DNA of 64,000 bases from Thermodesulfobacteriota bacterium (GTDB taxonomy: Bacteria; Desulfobacterota; Desulfobacteria; Desulfobacterales; C00003060): contig JAXHVD010000001.1 of the NCBI GenBank assembly GCA_034189385.1, positions 1 to 64,000 of the forward strand, read 5' to 3'. Below, piece by piece: positions 30,953-40,554 of this stretch (position 1 is the first letter of the stretch; each line of letters starts with the position of its first letter). A program made the translations under genes and the position numbers. Under the pieces are notes generated by a model. It ran no database searches, was not told the DNA's origin, and saw only the letters and a list, made by a program, of their open reading frames with translations.

Positions 30953-30992
30953 CAGCATGGCATATAATATGCCATGCTGACAAACTTGTCAA
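30953..30992 (-). promoter_or_regulatory. dinJ-yafQ promoter with operator palindrome
   Basis: TTGACA-N17-TATTAT; perfect 13-bp IR CAGCATGGCATAT-A-ATATGCCATGCTG over the -10. Confidence 0.85.
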
Positions 30993-31112
30993 CTGAAATT
31001 CCGGGAATTTAGCATCGGAAGATCGGAAGACATGGTCGGACCATGTTAAGGGAAAGACCAGGCAAATCTCCGGCATGCTCTTAAATTTCTAAGTTTTGTG
31101 TGTGAGTCGGAC

Positions 31113-31337
31113 CGTTAATTATCAGACTTTGCGGCCCGCCACCCACCTTCCCAAATCTTGGTTAAAGAGCTTTTCACAAGTGTTGAGCGCCTAACATATT
31201 AATATTATGCGAAAAAATCACGCAGGTGGGGGCGTAAATTAACTTCACTTACATATAATTTAATATTATATAAACTTAAAATAGATCGAAGAATATATCT
31301 CTTATCTATAAAAGCATGTAGGTATGTTGCAAAAGGA
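31113..31337 (+). repeat. Dispersed long repeat copy R3 (lacks 3' tail)
   Basis: TATCAGACTTTGCGG..., ACTTACATATAATTT, GAAGAATATATCT, TATAAAAGCATGTAGGTAT. Confidence 0.85.
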
Positions 31338-31600
31338 CAATGGTCTGATTTCAGCTAGAATGAATAATGAAAACAGAATCCAGGTACAGTCCATAGGGCG
31401 TGTTAAGCACCCATGTGAGCTGGACCTGGTCCTTCATCCTGCCGAGCAGCGTGCTTACCGTCGATTTGTCAGGCCTGGGCGGATGACAGGGAAGATGTAC
31501 GAGTAGAGTTGGGCCAAGATTGATCCTGCTGTCGCCAAAAGCAAGGCAAAAAGTCGGGTTCGCTTCTACGGACAAACTGACAACAGGCTCTATACCAAGT

Positions 31601-32905
31601 CTATCCCGCAGGCATGTTGACCTCTTTTAAGTCATCCGCAAGATACTCACGTTCATTCGGGCCCAAGATTCCAAGAGACAGACAAATCAGCGTCCACAGA
31701 TGGACCACTGGGAAGTTGGCTCCTGAATGGTGGGACAGGTCATGGATCTGGCTGTGGCAATTGTGGCAAGGGGCGATGCAATAGTCGGCCTTGGTTGCCA
31801 GAATCTGCTCGAGCTTGACCTGACCGTAGGTCCGTCGCGCATCGGTATAACCGGACTGCAAGAAGCCGCCTCCGCCTCCGCAGCAGAAGTTGTTCGACCT
31901 GTTGGGCCACATCTCGATGAAGTTCTCTTCTCCCACCACGGCCTTGACCGCAAACCGAAGATCTTCTGCCACGGGATCGCCAAAGGACTTTCTGATCAAC
32001 TGGCAGGGATCCTGGACTGTAAACTTGATCTTAAGGTCTTTGTTCCAGTCCGAGTTGACCTTGAGCTTGCCTTCCCGGATCCATTTGGCGTAAAGCCTGA
32101 TGATGCTCTCGATTTTAAAGTTATGAGCAATGTTGAATTTTTGCAGTCCCGTCCGGACCGCATACATTTCGTGTCCTCATTCTGTATTGAGCCAGTATTG
32201 ACACTCCAAATCATCCACTGTTTTTGCCTTCAGACGAACCGTCTTTTCCCATGCCTCGCTGTCGGCCAGAAACATGCAATAGTTCTCCGCAGCCCAACCT
32301 GCGGTGGCATAAGTCCAGTCCGCACCGACAAGGTGGAGGATCTTCCACAGGGGAATCAGCTCGTCGGGCTCGGTGACGGGCTCCCTAGAGTTCTGGTTCA
32401 ACAAGTACATGGCCCCTTTTTTGTTGATGGGGACCTCGAGATTCTCCCAGCCCGGCTGGGTGTCCTTCACCTCCTCCAGCACGTCTTCCACGACAAACTG
32501 AAAGTCCTCTGGACTGCATCCCATGGCGCTACAGCTGTCGTTCCTGAGCGCCATGTCGCATGAACCGACGATGCCCTTGGGCCGCTCTTCCCGGGGCCAC
32601 GAGGCACGGGCATTGTAAACCAAAGCGGGAATGTCGATCTTCATGGGGCAGGCATAGACGCAGCGCTGGCACTGGGTACACATCCATACCCAAGGCGATT
32701 TTGTCGCCTCTTCGTCCAGACCGAGAAGGATCATTCTCAGAAACTTCCTGGGATCCATGTCGGCAAGCCCTGTCGCAGGACATCCCGCAGCGCAGGTCCC
32801 ACAGGTGAAGCAGAGGTCAAAATGACCACCTCCTGGTACGAGACCCTTCACTTTGTCGCAAAACTCTCCCTTGACGCTTTGAACGTCTATTGGGTTTTCT
32901 GCCAT
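31601..32905 (-). CDS. HdrD/GlpC-like Fe-S oxidoreductase (2x[4Fe-4S] + CCG domains), selenoprotein (Sec at 32177-32179)
   Basis: Two ORFs in frame joined as NTE-TGA-GHEMY; CxxCxxCxxxCP x2, CCGGGGG, PCHNC; SECIS-like hairpin follows. Confidence 0.9.
32142..32162 (-). promoter_or_regulatory. Bacterial SECIS element
   Basis: UGCGGUCC-GGACG-GGACUGCA hairpin; G-starting loop ~22 nt after UGA. Confidence 0.75.
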
Positions 32906-33489
32906 TGCAATTCGCCTCCCTTCATGTATTCCACGAAAATGCCAAGGTCATTTCCTACACTTTCCCAGGGCCAAAGACCGTTTATGCCCATCGGCATGGT
33001 GGGAAATTGCCTCAAAAATGTCAATCTTTTTTTAACCCCCCTCCAACTTTTGTCACGTTGCCCTCTTTACAAAAATGGAATCCATTCATTGTTGCATTCG
33101 ATTCAGTGCCCTAGGATCGCCAGACAAAAAGAAGTTTTTGTCTAAATAAACGACATGTTGCATTGGCTGAACTGCGAGACTCACTCCCTTCTAATCTCCT
33201 GATATTCTACTATTGGAGAGATGTGATGTGGCACCGAGGCATCGCCGTGCATACCACAATCGCCTCCACTGCGTGCTTTGGGGAAGGTTGCTTTCCTGCC
33301 TATATATTGGTTTTTCAGCAAGTTAAGGTTTGAGATACAGGTTACATTTCGCCAAAATTGCAGAGGGAGAAGATGACAGGCCTTAGGCGGTTGACCATAA
33401 GGTGTGTGGTCCCTGCACTTGCTTCGGAGGCCGGTTGGCGCGAGTCACCTACAGATGAGGCTGCCGTACGATCATGCCCGACAACTGGA

Positions 33490-33662
33490 AAGGGAGGGCA
33501 GGGATGTGTATGGATCGTGTTCTATTTTTATCTATGAGTCTTTGCAGAACGCTGGGCAGGTCCGGGCTGGATTCCATCAGGTAGGGAAATTCATCAAGGG
33601 CCAGAACGGCCCCGGGCGAGGCGCGACTTCTCGTTCTCACGATCGAGGAAATGGAGGCCCAT
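33490..33662 (-). pseudogene. Archaeal-type AAA ATPase remnant, internally deleted
   Basis: MGLHFLDRENEKSRL joined out of frame to Walker B LALDEFPYL...LPSVLQRLID. Confidence 0.7.
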
Positions 33663-33784
33663 CCTTTCGGTCCGAGTATAATGTAATTGAAACATTATGC
33701 TCCCAGAGCATAAAGATGGATTTTTCAATCGAAAATGGAGCTGCTCTTTGGGAGGGACGATAAGAGACAGGGCCAGATCCGGGT

Positions 33785-34053
33785 CGTCAACTATCAGACT
33801 TCGCGGCGCGTCACGAACCTTTCCAAATCGTTGTCAAAGGGCCCCCCAAGTCGTAAGCACATAACCTGTCGATGTTCTAAAGAAAGTGTGCAGAAAGGAG
33901 GGTTCAAAATTAAATTCACTTATATATAATTAATTATCATATACATTAAAAATGAACTGAAGAGCATATCTATTATTTATAAAAGTAATGTAGGTATATG
34001 ACAGAACGGACGGGGCATAGGGCACAAGGGGCAGGGCGCAAGGCGGAGGGATG
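33785..34053 (+). repeat. Dispersed long repeat copy R4
   Basis: Same blocks as R1-R3. Confidence 0.88.
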
Positions 34054-34229
34054 ACGGACGACAGCTGACCTGGGAAGGGGGCGGTGGGGAAAAATGAGAA
34101 CTGAGGTGTGACAAGTAACGGGTGATCCGTACAAATCGACGGAAAAGGGAAAGGGGAGTGACAGGTTCTGGACAATTGACTATGTCGTCGTCATTTTTAG
34201 TTGAAAAATGACGACATGGTGGTCAAGAT

Positions 34230-34296
34230 ATGTTCCCGAGAAATCTTAAAGTCCCGAAACAGAGCTTCTTTCTCATGGGACCCCATGGGTCCGGAG
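34230..34296 (+). pseudogene. 5' remnant of AAA ATPase (DUF4143-associated type)
   Basis: MFPRNLKVPKQSFFLMGPHGSG (broken Walker A); preceded by GTCGTCATTTTT-N5-AAAAATGACGAC palindrome. Confidence 0.55.
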
Positions 34297-34412
34297 GAGT
34301 CTACAGGATGTCCATTTGTAAATTAGTTGAGGCATACTATGTTGATGATATGAGTTGTCTAGAGACCTCTGGCGTGCTGGTGAAAGATTGAAAGGTCTCT
34401 ATCGGAGGGAGC

Positions 34413-34775
34413 ATGTCAAAGACAAGTTTTCTGAAAAGGGCACGTGATATGCGCCAGGCGCCTCTTGCAAGGTGTCATGACGGTGAAGGGGAGTTGCAGT
34501 GGACGGAGGTCCTGGATTGTTCTTCCGACACCACCCGAAGGCTCAACTTTTTTCACGATGATGTCCTGAAACCGGGCGTATCCGTGGGCGTTCATCACCA
34601 CCAAAATGATGAAGAGTATTACTACATCATTTCCGGCAAGGGAATCATGACCCTTGACGGCGAGGAATTCGAGGTGGGGCCTGGAGACATTGCAGCCGTG
34701 TATCCAGGGGGCTCACACGGGTTGAGAAATCATGCTGACGATGATCTTCGAATTCTTGTGGTGAGCGTATCGTGA
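34413..34775 (+). CDS. Cupin domain protein
   Basis: G.HHH...EEYYYIISGKG, V.PGD......G.SHG.RN. Confidence 0.93.
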   Translation: MSKTSFLKRARDMRQAPLARCHDGEGELQWTEVLDCSSDTTRRLNFFHDDVLKPGVSVGVHHHQNDEEYYYIISGKGIMTLDGEEFEVGPGDIAAVYPGGSHGLRNHADDDLRILVVSVS

Positions 34776-34838
34776 CCCGCTCGTGGGGGCCAAAGAGGAA
34801 GAGATGGGATGAAACGTTCATATTCTAGAAGGGGTTCC

Positions 34839-35753
34839 ATGGAAGAGAAATGCATGATCGATCCTGGGTTGGAGGGTAAGGTCGCGCTGGTCACAGGGGG
34901 AAATAACCCTTTTGGCATTGGGGCGGCTATTGCACGGGCCTTGGCGGGCCATGGGGTCCGTGTGTTTGTCCATTACTATCGTCAGCAAACGGACGTTCCG
35001 GTGGAAGATACAGATGTTGGCGATAGAGAGACTCCGGGGCTTACCTTCTTTTTCAAACAACAAGAAAAAACGGCTGATGAAGTGGTTGCCTCTATTCGAG
35101 AGGCCGGCGAAGAAGCAGCGTCCTGGGAAGGGGATCTTGGGAAGGCGGAGAACGTTGATCGGCTCTTTGAAGCAGCGGAGAAGGCCTTTGGCAAGATAGA
35201 CATCCTGGTCAACAACGCAGCCGCATACATGGCAGATACCTTTCTTCCGGCCCATGCCTTGGGAAAAGGCGGCGCGGTGTGGGAGGGCGGGCCCACCATA
35301 TCGACCATCGACGTGGAAAGCCATGATCGGCATTTTGCGGTAAACTCACGGGCCGTGGCCATGCTTACGGCAAGGTTTGCCCAAAGCATGATTGAAAGAG
35401 GGGCCCATTGGGGCAGAATCATCAACATCAGTGCCGATTGCGCCTGGGGATGCCCCAAAGAGATCTCTTATCGAGCCAGCAAGTATGCCTTGGAGTCTTA
35501 CAGTCGCAGTGCTGCGGCCGAACTGGGGCCCTGCGGCATCACAGTGAACGTGGTCTCGCCCGGGCCGGTGCAGTCCGGCTATATCAGTCCTGAAATGGAA
35601 AAGGCCCTGGTCCCGGATATTCCCGTCCGGAGGGTGGGGCGGCCGGAAGATATTGCCAATGCTGTCGTCTTTTTCGCCTCAAAGCAGGCAGCCTGGATTA
35701 CGGGCCAGGTGCTCTTTGTTCATGGCGGGCACAGGATGGCCTTTGGCCAATAG
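34839..35753 (+). CDS. SDR family oxidoreductase
   Basis: LVTGGNNPFGIG, ILVNNAA, YRASK, NVVSPGP, ITGQ. Confidence 0.95.
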   Translation: MEEKCMIDPGLEGKVALVTGGNNPFGIGAAIARALAGHGVRVFVHYYRQQTDVPVEDTDVGDRETPGLTFFFKQQEKTADEVVASIREAGEEAASWEGDLGKAENVDRLFEAAEKAFGKIDILVNNAAAYMADTFLPAHALGKGGAVWEGGPTISTIDVESHDRHFAVNSRAVAMLTARFAQSMIERGAHWGRIINISADCAWGCPKEISYRASKYALESYSRSAAAELGPCGITVNVVSPGPVQSGYISPEMEKALVPDIPVRRVGRPEDIANAVVFFASKQAAWITGQVLFVHGGHRMAFGQ

Positions 35754-36067
35754 GGCAACCTTATACATGGTTATCGGCCAACAGGGCCAGATTTCCTTTG
35801 TCGAGTGGAAGTCTATTTTGATGGCGCGCTGCCCGGAAAATTCTCCCTGACCGGCTCAGACAATTAGATTCTCAAGTTTGCGCCGCACGGCTTGAAAAGA
35901 GGCTCACCCTTATCAAAAACCGTTTGAAATATCGGTCAGAGGCGTACTGAGGCCTCTAGAAAACAGCAGGGGCCAGGTTTGGGCTTCGAGACGGCCTATG
36001 GTTGGGGTTCCCCTATGGGATTGTCCGGCCCCTCGTCGCTGGCTGACGGAAGAAGCCGGACGTCCCT

Positions 36068-36478
36068 TTACTTTTCGTCGACCGGGTATTTTCCTCTAAA
36101 CCACTCGTGCCAGCCGCCCTTTAGTGCGGAAACCTTGGTAAAACCCATTTCAATGAGTTGCTGTGCTACCCGAGCACTGGTGTGTTCAGCGGGTCAGGCG
36201 CAATAAAGGACCAGGGCCTTGTCCTTGGCGTACTTATTTGCCCAGGACGCCACCTGGGAAGGGTCTTCCCTCACGGCCGTGTGGATGATGTATTCGCTCG
36301 ATTTCCAGTCCCTGCCGGACCTCACATCCACAACAGTCACCTGACCCTTTTCTATCAAGGCCTTGAGTTCGTCCTTGGTCATTCTCGCTACGTCTGCCGA
36401 CAGGGCCGACGTGAAGAGGGCAAAGACCAAGACCATGGAAAGGGCCATCCCTACAAACGTTGGTGCCTTCCCTTTCAT
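36068..36478 (-). CDS. Exported rhodanese-like selenoprotein (CxU; Sec at 36194-36196)
   Basis: VDVRS...LVLYCA-TGA-PAEHTSARVAQQLIEMGFTKVSALKGGW completes the fold; hairpin GUGCU-CGGGU-AGCAC downstream. Confidence 0.9.
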
Positions 36479-36517
36479 TGTTGTACCTCCTTTTTTCTGG
36501 GGGTTGCCAAGCGTTTT

Positions 36518-37804
36518 TTAGGACTGGGTCAGCCATCCCTTCTTGCTGCTAAAAAAGATCCAGAATGCCGCAAGAAAAAGGCCCATAGCAAGAAGGACAA
36601 TGACAGGCCCGAGAAGGCTCCAGTCCTTTTCCAGTAAGATCATGGCTATTGCCGCAGACACCATGGCCGCCAACCCTGAAATGGACAAAACCCAATCTCC
36701 GGCCTCTTTCTGAATACCGGCCCCTGGCCCAAGCCTGGCCATGGTGGCCAAAAGGGCGCCTTGGATGACGGCATAATGGAGCAGCCAGAACCAGGTGCCT
36801 GCCTTCATATAAGTTTCAAGAATCGGTTCTCCTGCCATACCGAGTCCCATCATGGCCGCTACAGCCGCCGCCAGCATAAAAAAGGCGATCGTGGCATGGC
36901 CCCTTCCCTTTGCCAGGAAAGGGGGCAAGAGCCCGTCAGCCGCCATGGCCGTCATCATTCTGGATACGGCCATGAGCAGGGCGTTCACCGCAGCAGAGGC
37001 GCCTGATAGAATGATGAGGCCCATCCAGATTCTGCCCCACTGGCCGAGCATTGTCCTGGCAACCTTGACATAAGGGATGCTCGTATGGGCCAGTTTGCCT
37101 GCCGGGACAAATCTCAAAGACACCGATCCCCAGCAGCAGAAAACGAGCCCTGCCAAGAGGATAGCCGCCATCATGGCCCTGGCGGAATGGTGTTCAGTCT
37201 TTCCGGAAAACCCGGCCAGGTCAAAGCCTACGAAAAGGAGGAGGCAGGCAAGTCCTGCCTCTGGCATGTGGGCCAAAGGGGTTGGCGCCTGAGGTATGGC
37301 CGGAGGGGGATTTCCCCACTCCAAGAAACCCACAAGAGATAGTAAGAGGAGCCCTCCCGCAGCCAATCCCACAAAGAAAAGCTGTCCTATGGCCGCCGCG
37401 TTTTTTCCCAGGAGATTAAGAAGAAGGAGGAAACCGAGGAGGCAAAAGGAGAACCCCAGGTTTGGGAACCAATAGAGAAAGACCTCGTTAAATACATAGC
37501 CTGCCGTGGCCAGCAGGGCTGTGGAGGCGCAGACTGCCATGGTCACCCTGGCGCACACCGCAGAGACGACTGCAGCAATGGCACCAAAGGCCTTTCTGAT
37601 AAAGCGGGCCTCTCCTGAGGGGCCGGGATAAAGGGTGAATGCTCTTTCGTACGTGCGGCTTACGAGAAGGTGAGCCAGCCCTGCCAGCAAGACAAACCCC
37701 ACAAACCCATGGCCTGCCCGTCCCGTGGCGTTTCCCGCCACTGTCAGGGCCTCGGGAGAGAGCAGCAGGCCCATGGCCACACTTATACTGAAGAGTCGTG
37801 TCAC
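36518..37804 (-). CDS. APC family permease
   Basis: ~12 hydrophobic segments; LLFVGFD, SRMM.AMA.DGLLP. Confidence 0.8.
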   Translation of the reverse strand: MTRLFSISVAMGLLLSPEALTVAGNATGRAGHGFVGFVLLAGLAHLLVSRTYERAFTLYPGPSGEARFIRKAFGAIAAVVSAVCARVTMAVCASTALLATAGYVFNEVFLYWFPNLGFSFCLLGFLLLLNLLGKNAAAIGQLFFVGLAAGGLLLLSLVGFLEWGNPPPAIPQAPTPLAHMPEAGLACLLLFVGFDLAGFSGKTEHHSARAMMAAILLAGLVFCCWGSVSLRFVPAGKLAHTSIPYVKVARTMLGQWGRIWMGLIILSGASAAVNALLMAVSRMMTAMAADGLLPPFLAKGRGHATIAFFMLAAAVAAMMGLGMAGEPILETYMKAGTWFWLLHYAVIQGALLATMARLGPGAGIQKEAGDWVLSISGLAAMVSAAIAMILLEKDWSLLGPVIVLLAMGLFLAAFWIFFSSKKGWLTQS

Positions 37805-38238
37805 CTAGATGGCCTCCCTTGAGATCTGGGCAGAGGTCCTTTTCAAAGCAATGTACCACGGGCTTCAGGGAATGGAAAGAGGGTAAAGGGGTTCTTATCG
37901 ACTCAAAAGGGGGCCTGCGTTGCAGACTCGCTGGCCCTGGGCTTGGTCTTGCGGGCATACCGCACGCTGCCATGCCGAGACCCTGGCCCAAATGGCTTCT
38001 CCCCCAACAGTGAAGCCGAGCGCGATCGATTCCGGGCCTAAAGGCCCGGTGCTTGGTTTAGGCTTTATGGTGAGCGACCTTTGATCAGGCCTTTCAGGGC
38101 TGTGATCATCCTAGCCCCTGGAGTCTTATCCAATTTTTCTTGTGATTCCGCTTTATATCGGTGTAAAGGTGGAGACAGAATCGGACAAAGGGGTGAAGTC
38201 GGGACCGTACAATCACAGACTTCCGAAAAACACGGGAA

Positions 38239-38439
38239 ATGACGTGCAAATGGCTTACCATGTGTCCCTTACGCAGGTTGGAACAGCAAGGCGTGATCGG
38301 TCTCACTTGGCGTCGCAGGTACTGCGAGAGTGATACGGACTGGAAAAGATGTGAAAGGTACAAAATGGAAGAGCAAGGCATTCCTCATGCCGACGACATG
38401 ATGCCTGACGGCAGCTTTGTTGACCCCAATGTTGCATAA
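38239..38439 (+). CDS. Small Cys-rich conserved-looking hypothetical protein
   Basis: C.W...CP...YC...W..C.RY.MEE.G..H.D.M.PDG. Confidence 0.7.
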   Translation: MTCKWLTMCPLRRLEQQGVIGLTWRRRYCESDTDWKRCERYKMEEQGIPHADDMMPDGSFVDPNVA

Positions 38440-38649
38440 GAAATATGGCAAGGAATCTTCAAAAACAGCAATGGCCTGCGTATGCGGTTGTTACGAGCGG
38501 CACCGAGGAATCAACTATTGGTGATGTCCAGGAAGCAGGTAAAAGACAGCCATATTTCTTATGCAACTTGGGGTTTATCTGGCGTCGGAAGAGGTCTGAG
38601 GACAAAAGGGTTGGGCCGGCCCGGAAGCTTCGAACAACAAGGAGTCAAC

Positions 38650-39768
38650 ATGGACAGGCAAGTCATTCATAAATCCTTTGTGTTTGCACTGGTGTTGTTT
38701 ATTTCCGTGGTCTTTTTGTCCATGATCCGCCCCTTTCTCATGGGGCTTTTGCTGGCCGGCATCTTTTCCGCCCTGGGCCATCCGCTTTACAGGCGGCTCT
38801 GTGGCTGGCTGGGCGGCCGCCAGGCACTGGCCTCGGGCCTTACCCTACTCATCGCGGTCCTGGTGGTCCTATTGCCCCTCACCGGTCTTTTGGGTGTTGT
38901 CACAGCTCAGGCCGTGAAGGTGGGGCAATCGATCACGCCGTGGATTCAAAAGCAGTTGGCCACGCCTACGAGCTTCTCCGAATGGCTGGGCCACCTTCCC
39001 TTTTATGAGCATGTGGTGCCCTACCAGGAGACCATTCTTCAAAAGGCCGGAGAGCTGGTCGGCACCTTGAGCAAGTTTCTCATCAACGGCCTTCAGGCCG
39101 CCACCATGGGCACGGTAAACTTTGTCTTCATGCTCTTTCTCCTGCTCTATGCCATGTTCTTTTTTCTGGTAGACGGTGAAAAGCTGCTGGAAAAGATCTT
39201 ATATTATATGCCCCTGGAAGACGCTGACGAACGGCGACTCCTAGACAGGTTCACTTCCGTGACACGGGCCACCCTCAAGGGCACGGCCGTCATCGGCGTG
39301 GTCCAGGGAGGTTTGGCCGGCGCGGCCTTTGCCGTGGTGGGGATTCCAAGCGCTGTTTTCTGGGGAACGGTGATGACCGTGCTTTCCATCATCCCCGGCA
39401 TCGGCACGGCACTGGTGTGGGGACCGGCGGCCATCATACTGGCGGCACAGGGGCATTGGGGAAAAGCGGCAGGCATTGCCCTCTTTTGCGGTGTGCTGGT
39501 GGGCAGCGTGGACAACTTCCTCCGGCCCAGGCTGGTGGGCAAAGACACGGAGATGCACGATTTGATGATCCTCTTTTCCACCCTGGGCGGCATTGCCATG
39601 TTCGGAATCATCGGATTCATCATCGGCCCCATTGTGGCCGCCCTCTTTGTCACCGTCTGGGAGATATACGGCGTTGTCTTTAAAGACGCCCTGCCAGAGG
39701 TGGCACCTCTGCTCGCCCACAGGGGACCTGATCACGGGTCCGAGGAAGGGGAAGAAGAAAGCGATTAA
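38650..39768 (+). CDS. AI-2E family transporter
   Basis: FFFLVDG, SIIPGIGTALVW, DNFLRPRLVG, GFIIGP. Confidence 0.93.
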   Translation: MDRQVIHKSFVFALVLFISVVFLSMIRPFLMGLLLAGIFSALGHPLYRRLCGWLGGRQALASGLTLLIAVLVVLLPLTGLLGVVTAQAVKVGQSITPWIQKQLATPTSFSEWLGHLPFYEHVVPYQETILQKAGELVGTLSKFLINGLQAATMGTVNFVFMLFLLLYAMFFFLVDGEKLLEKILYYMPLEDADERRLLDRFTSVTRATLKGTAVIGVVQGGLAGAAFAVVGIPSAVFWGTVMTVLSIIPGIGTALVWGPAAIILAAQGHWGKAAGIALFCGVLVGSVDNFLRPRLVGKDTEMHDLMILFSTLGGIAMFGIIGFIIGPIVAALFVTVWEIYGVVFKDALPEVAPLLAHRGPDHGSEEGEEESD

Positions 39769-39869
39769 ATCCTCGCCCCTTTGGCTGGAGGAAAGGGGGC
39801 CAGGGGCCGAGGTGTGTACATGACAAGCGACAAGCAGGAATATTTCGGGAAAAAGGAGAGCTGCTACCC

Positions 39870-40328
39870 ATGAATGAGAGCATCATCTGTTTTACACTGG
39901 GATTAACCCAAAGGGAGATAGAAGCAGGTGAGACGGCCTTTAGGGCCATGGATCCAGGTGCCAAGAGACTGGAAGTCACCACCGTGACAGAAGATCTCTT
40001 GACGGCAACAGTGGGTGACACAGTGGATAGAAAGGCCGAAGCATTGAGCAGTGGGCAGACTGATCCTGCGTTGGGATTCAAAGGGGCAGCAGCCACCTTG
40101 GGCCATTTGCGAGCAGTGGTCATGGAGGCGGAAGACAGAGAGCAGGTGGTCCAGGTCATGAGAAGCTTCAAGAGTGTGTCTCCCAATCCGCAGGATCTCA
40201 TTTTTGCCATGATTACGGAAACGGCCCGGACCTGGACCTTTCAGGACTATTTTCAACACCTCGCCAAAGAGCATGAATATATGAAGACCCATTCTCCGGC
40301 ACATGATCCTGATATGAAACGGATGTAG
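39870..40328 (+). CDS. DUF3783-like protein
   Basis: IFAMITET...WTF......L.KEH tail. Confidence 0.7.
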   Translation: MNESIICFTLGLTQREIEAGETAFRAMDPGAKRLEVTTVTEDLLTATVGDTVDRKAEALSSGQTDPALGFKGAAATLGHLRAVVMEAEDREQVVQVMRSFKSVSPNPQDLIFAMITETARTWTFQDYFQHLAKEHEYMKTHSPAHDPDMKRM

Positions 40329-40554
40329 AGGGTCTCCTGGGGTTAAATGCAGGTCTGACTTTTGTTCACCTTTGGCAGGGATAGCCCAGAATCATAGAAA
40401 GGGCGGGCTGTTCCCGTGAGTAGGACTCGCATGATGACGACCATAACGATCAGGGAGATAAAAGGTTTACAGAGGCCCGTAGCGCCCGGAAAGCCAAAGC
40501 AGTGAGGGCAGGAACGTTGATGATGGGGTGGAGAAGAAAGGAGGGGCTCGATCC

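Noticed and set aside
31185..31215. dif/attI-like site in R3 (CGCATAA-TATTAA-TATGTTAGGC on minus strand)
   Set aside because: Spacing is one base short of dif, it is poorly kept in other copies, and it is explained equally well as an IHF-like box.
35851..36000. Fifth long-repeat copy or MITE
   Set aside because: Only short motif similarity; no partner IR or conserved AT-rich blocks.
37860..38110. Riboswitch (Moco/c-di-GMP) upstream of APC permease
   Set aside because: Hairpins present but no consensus motif I can match.
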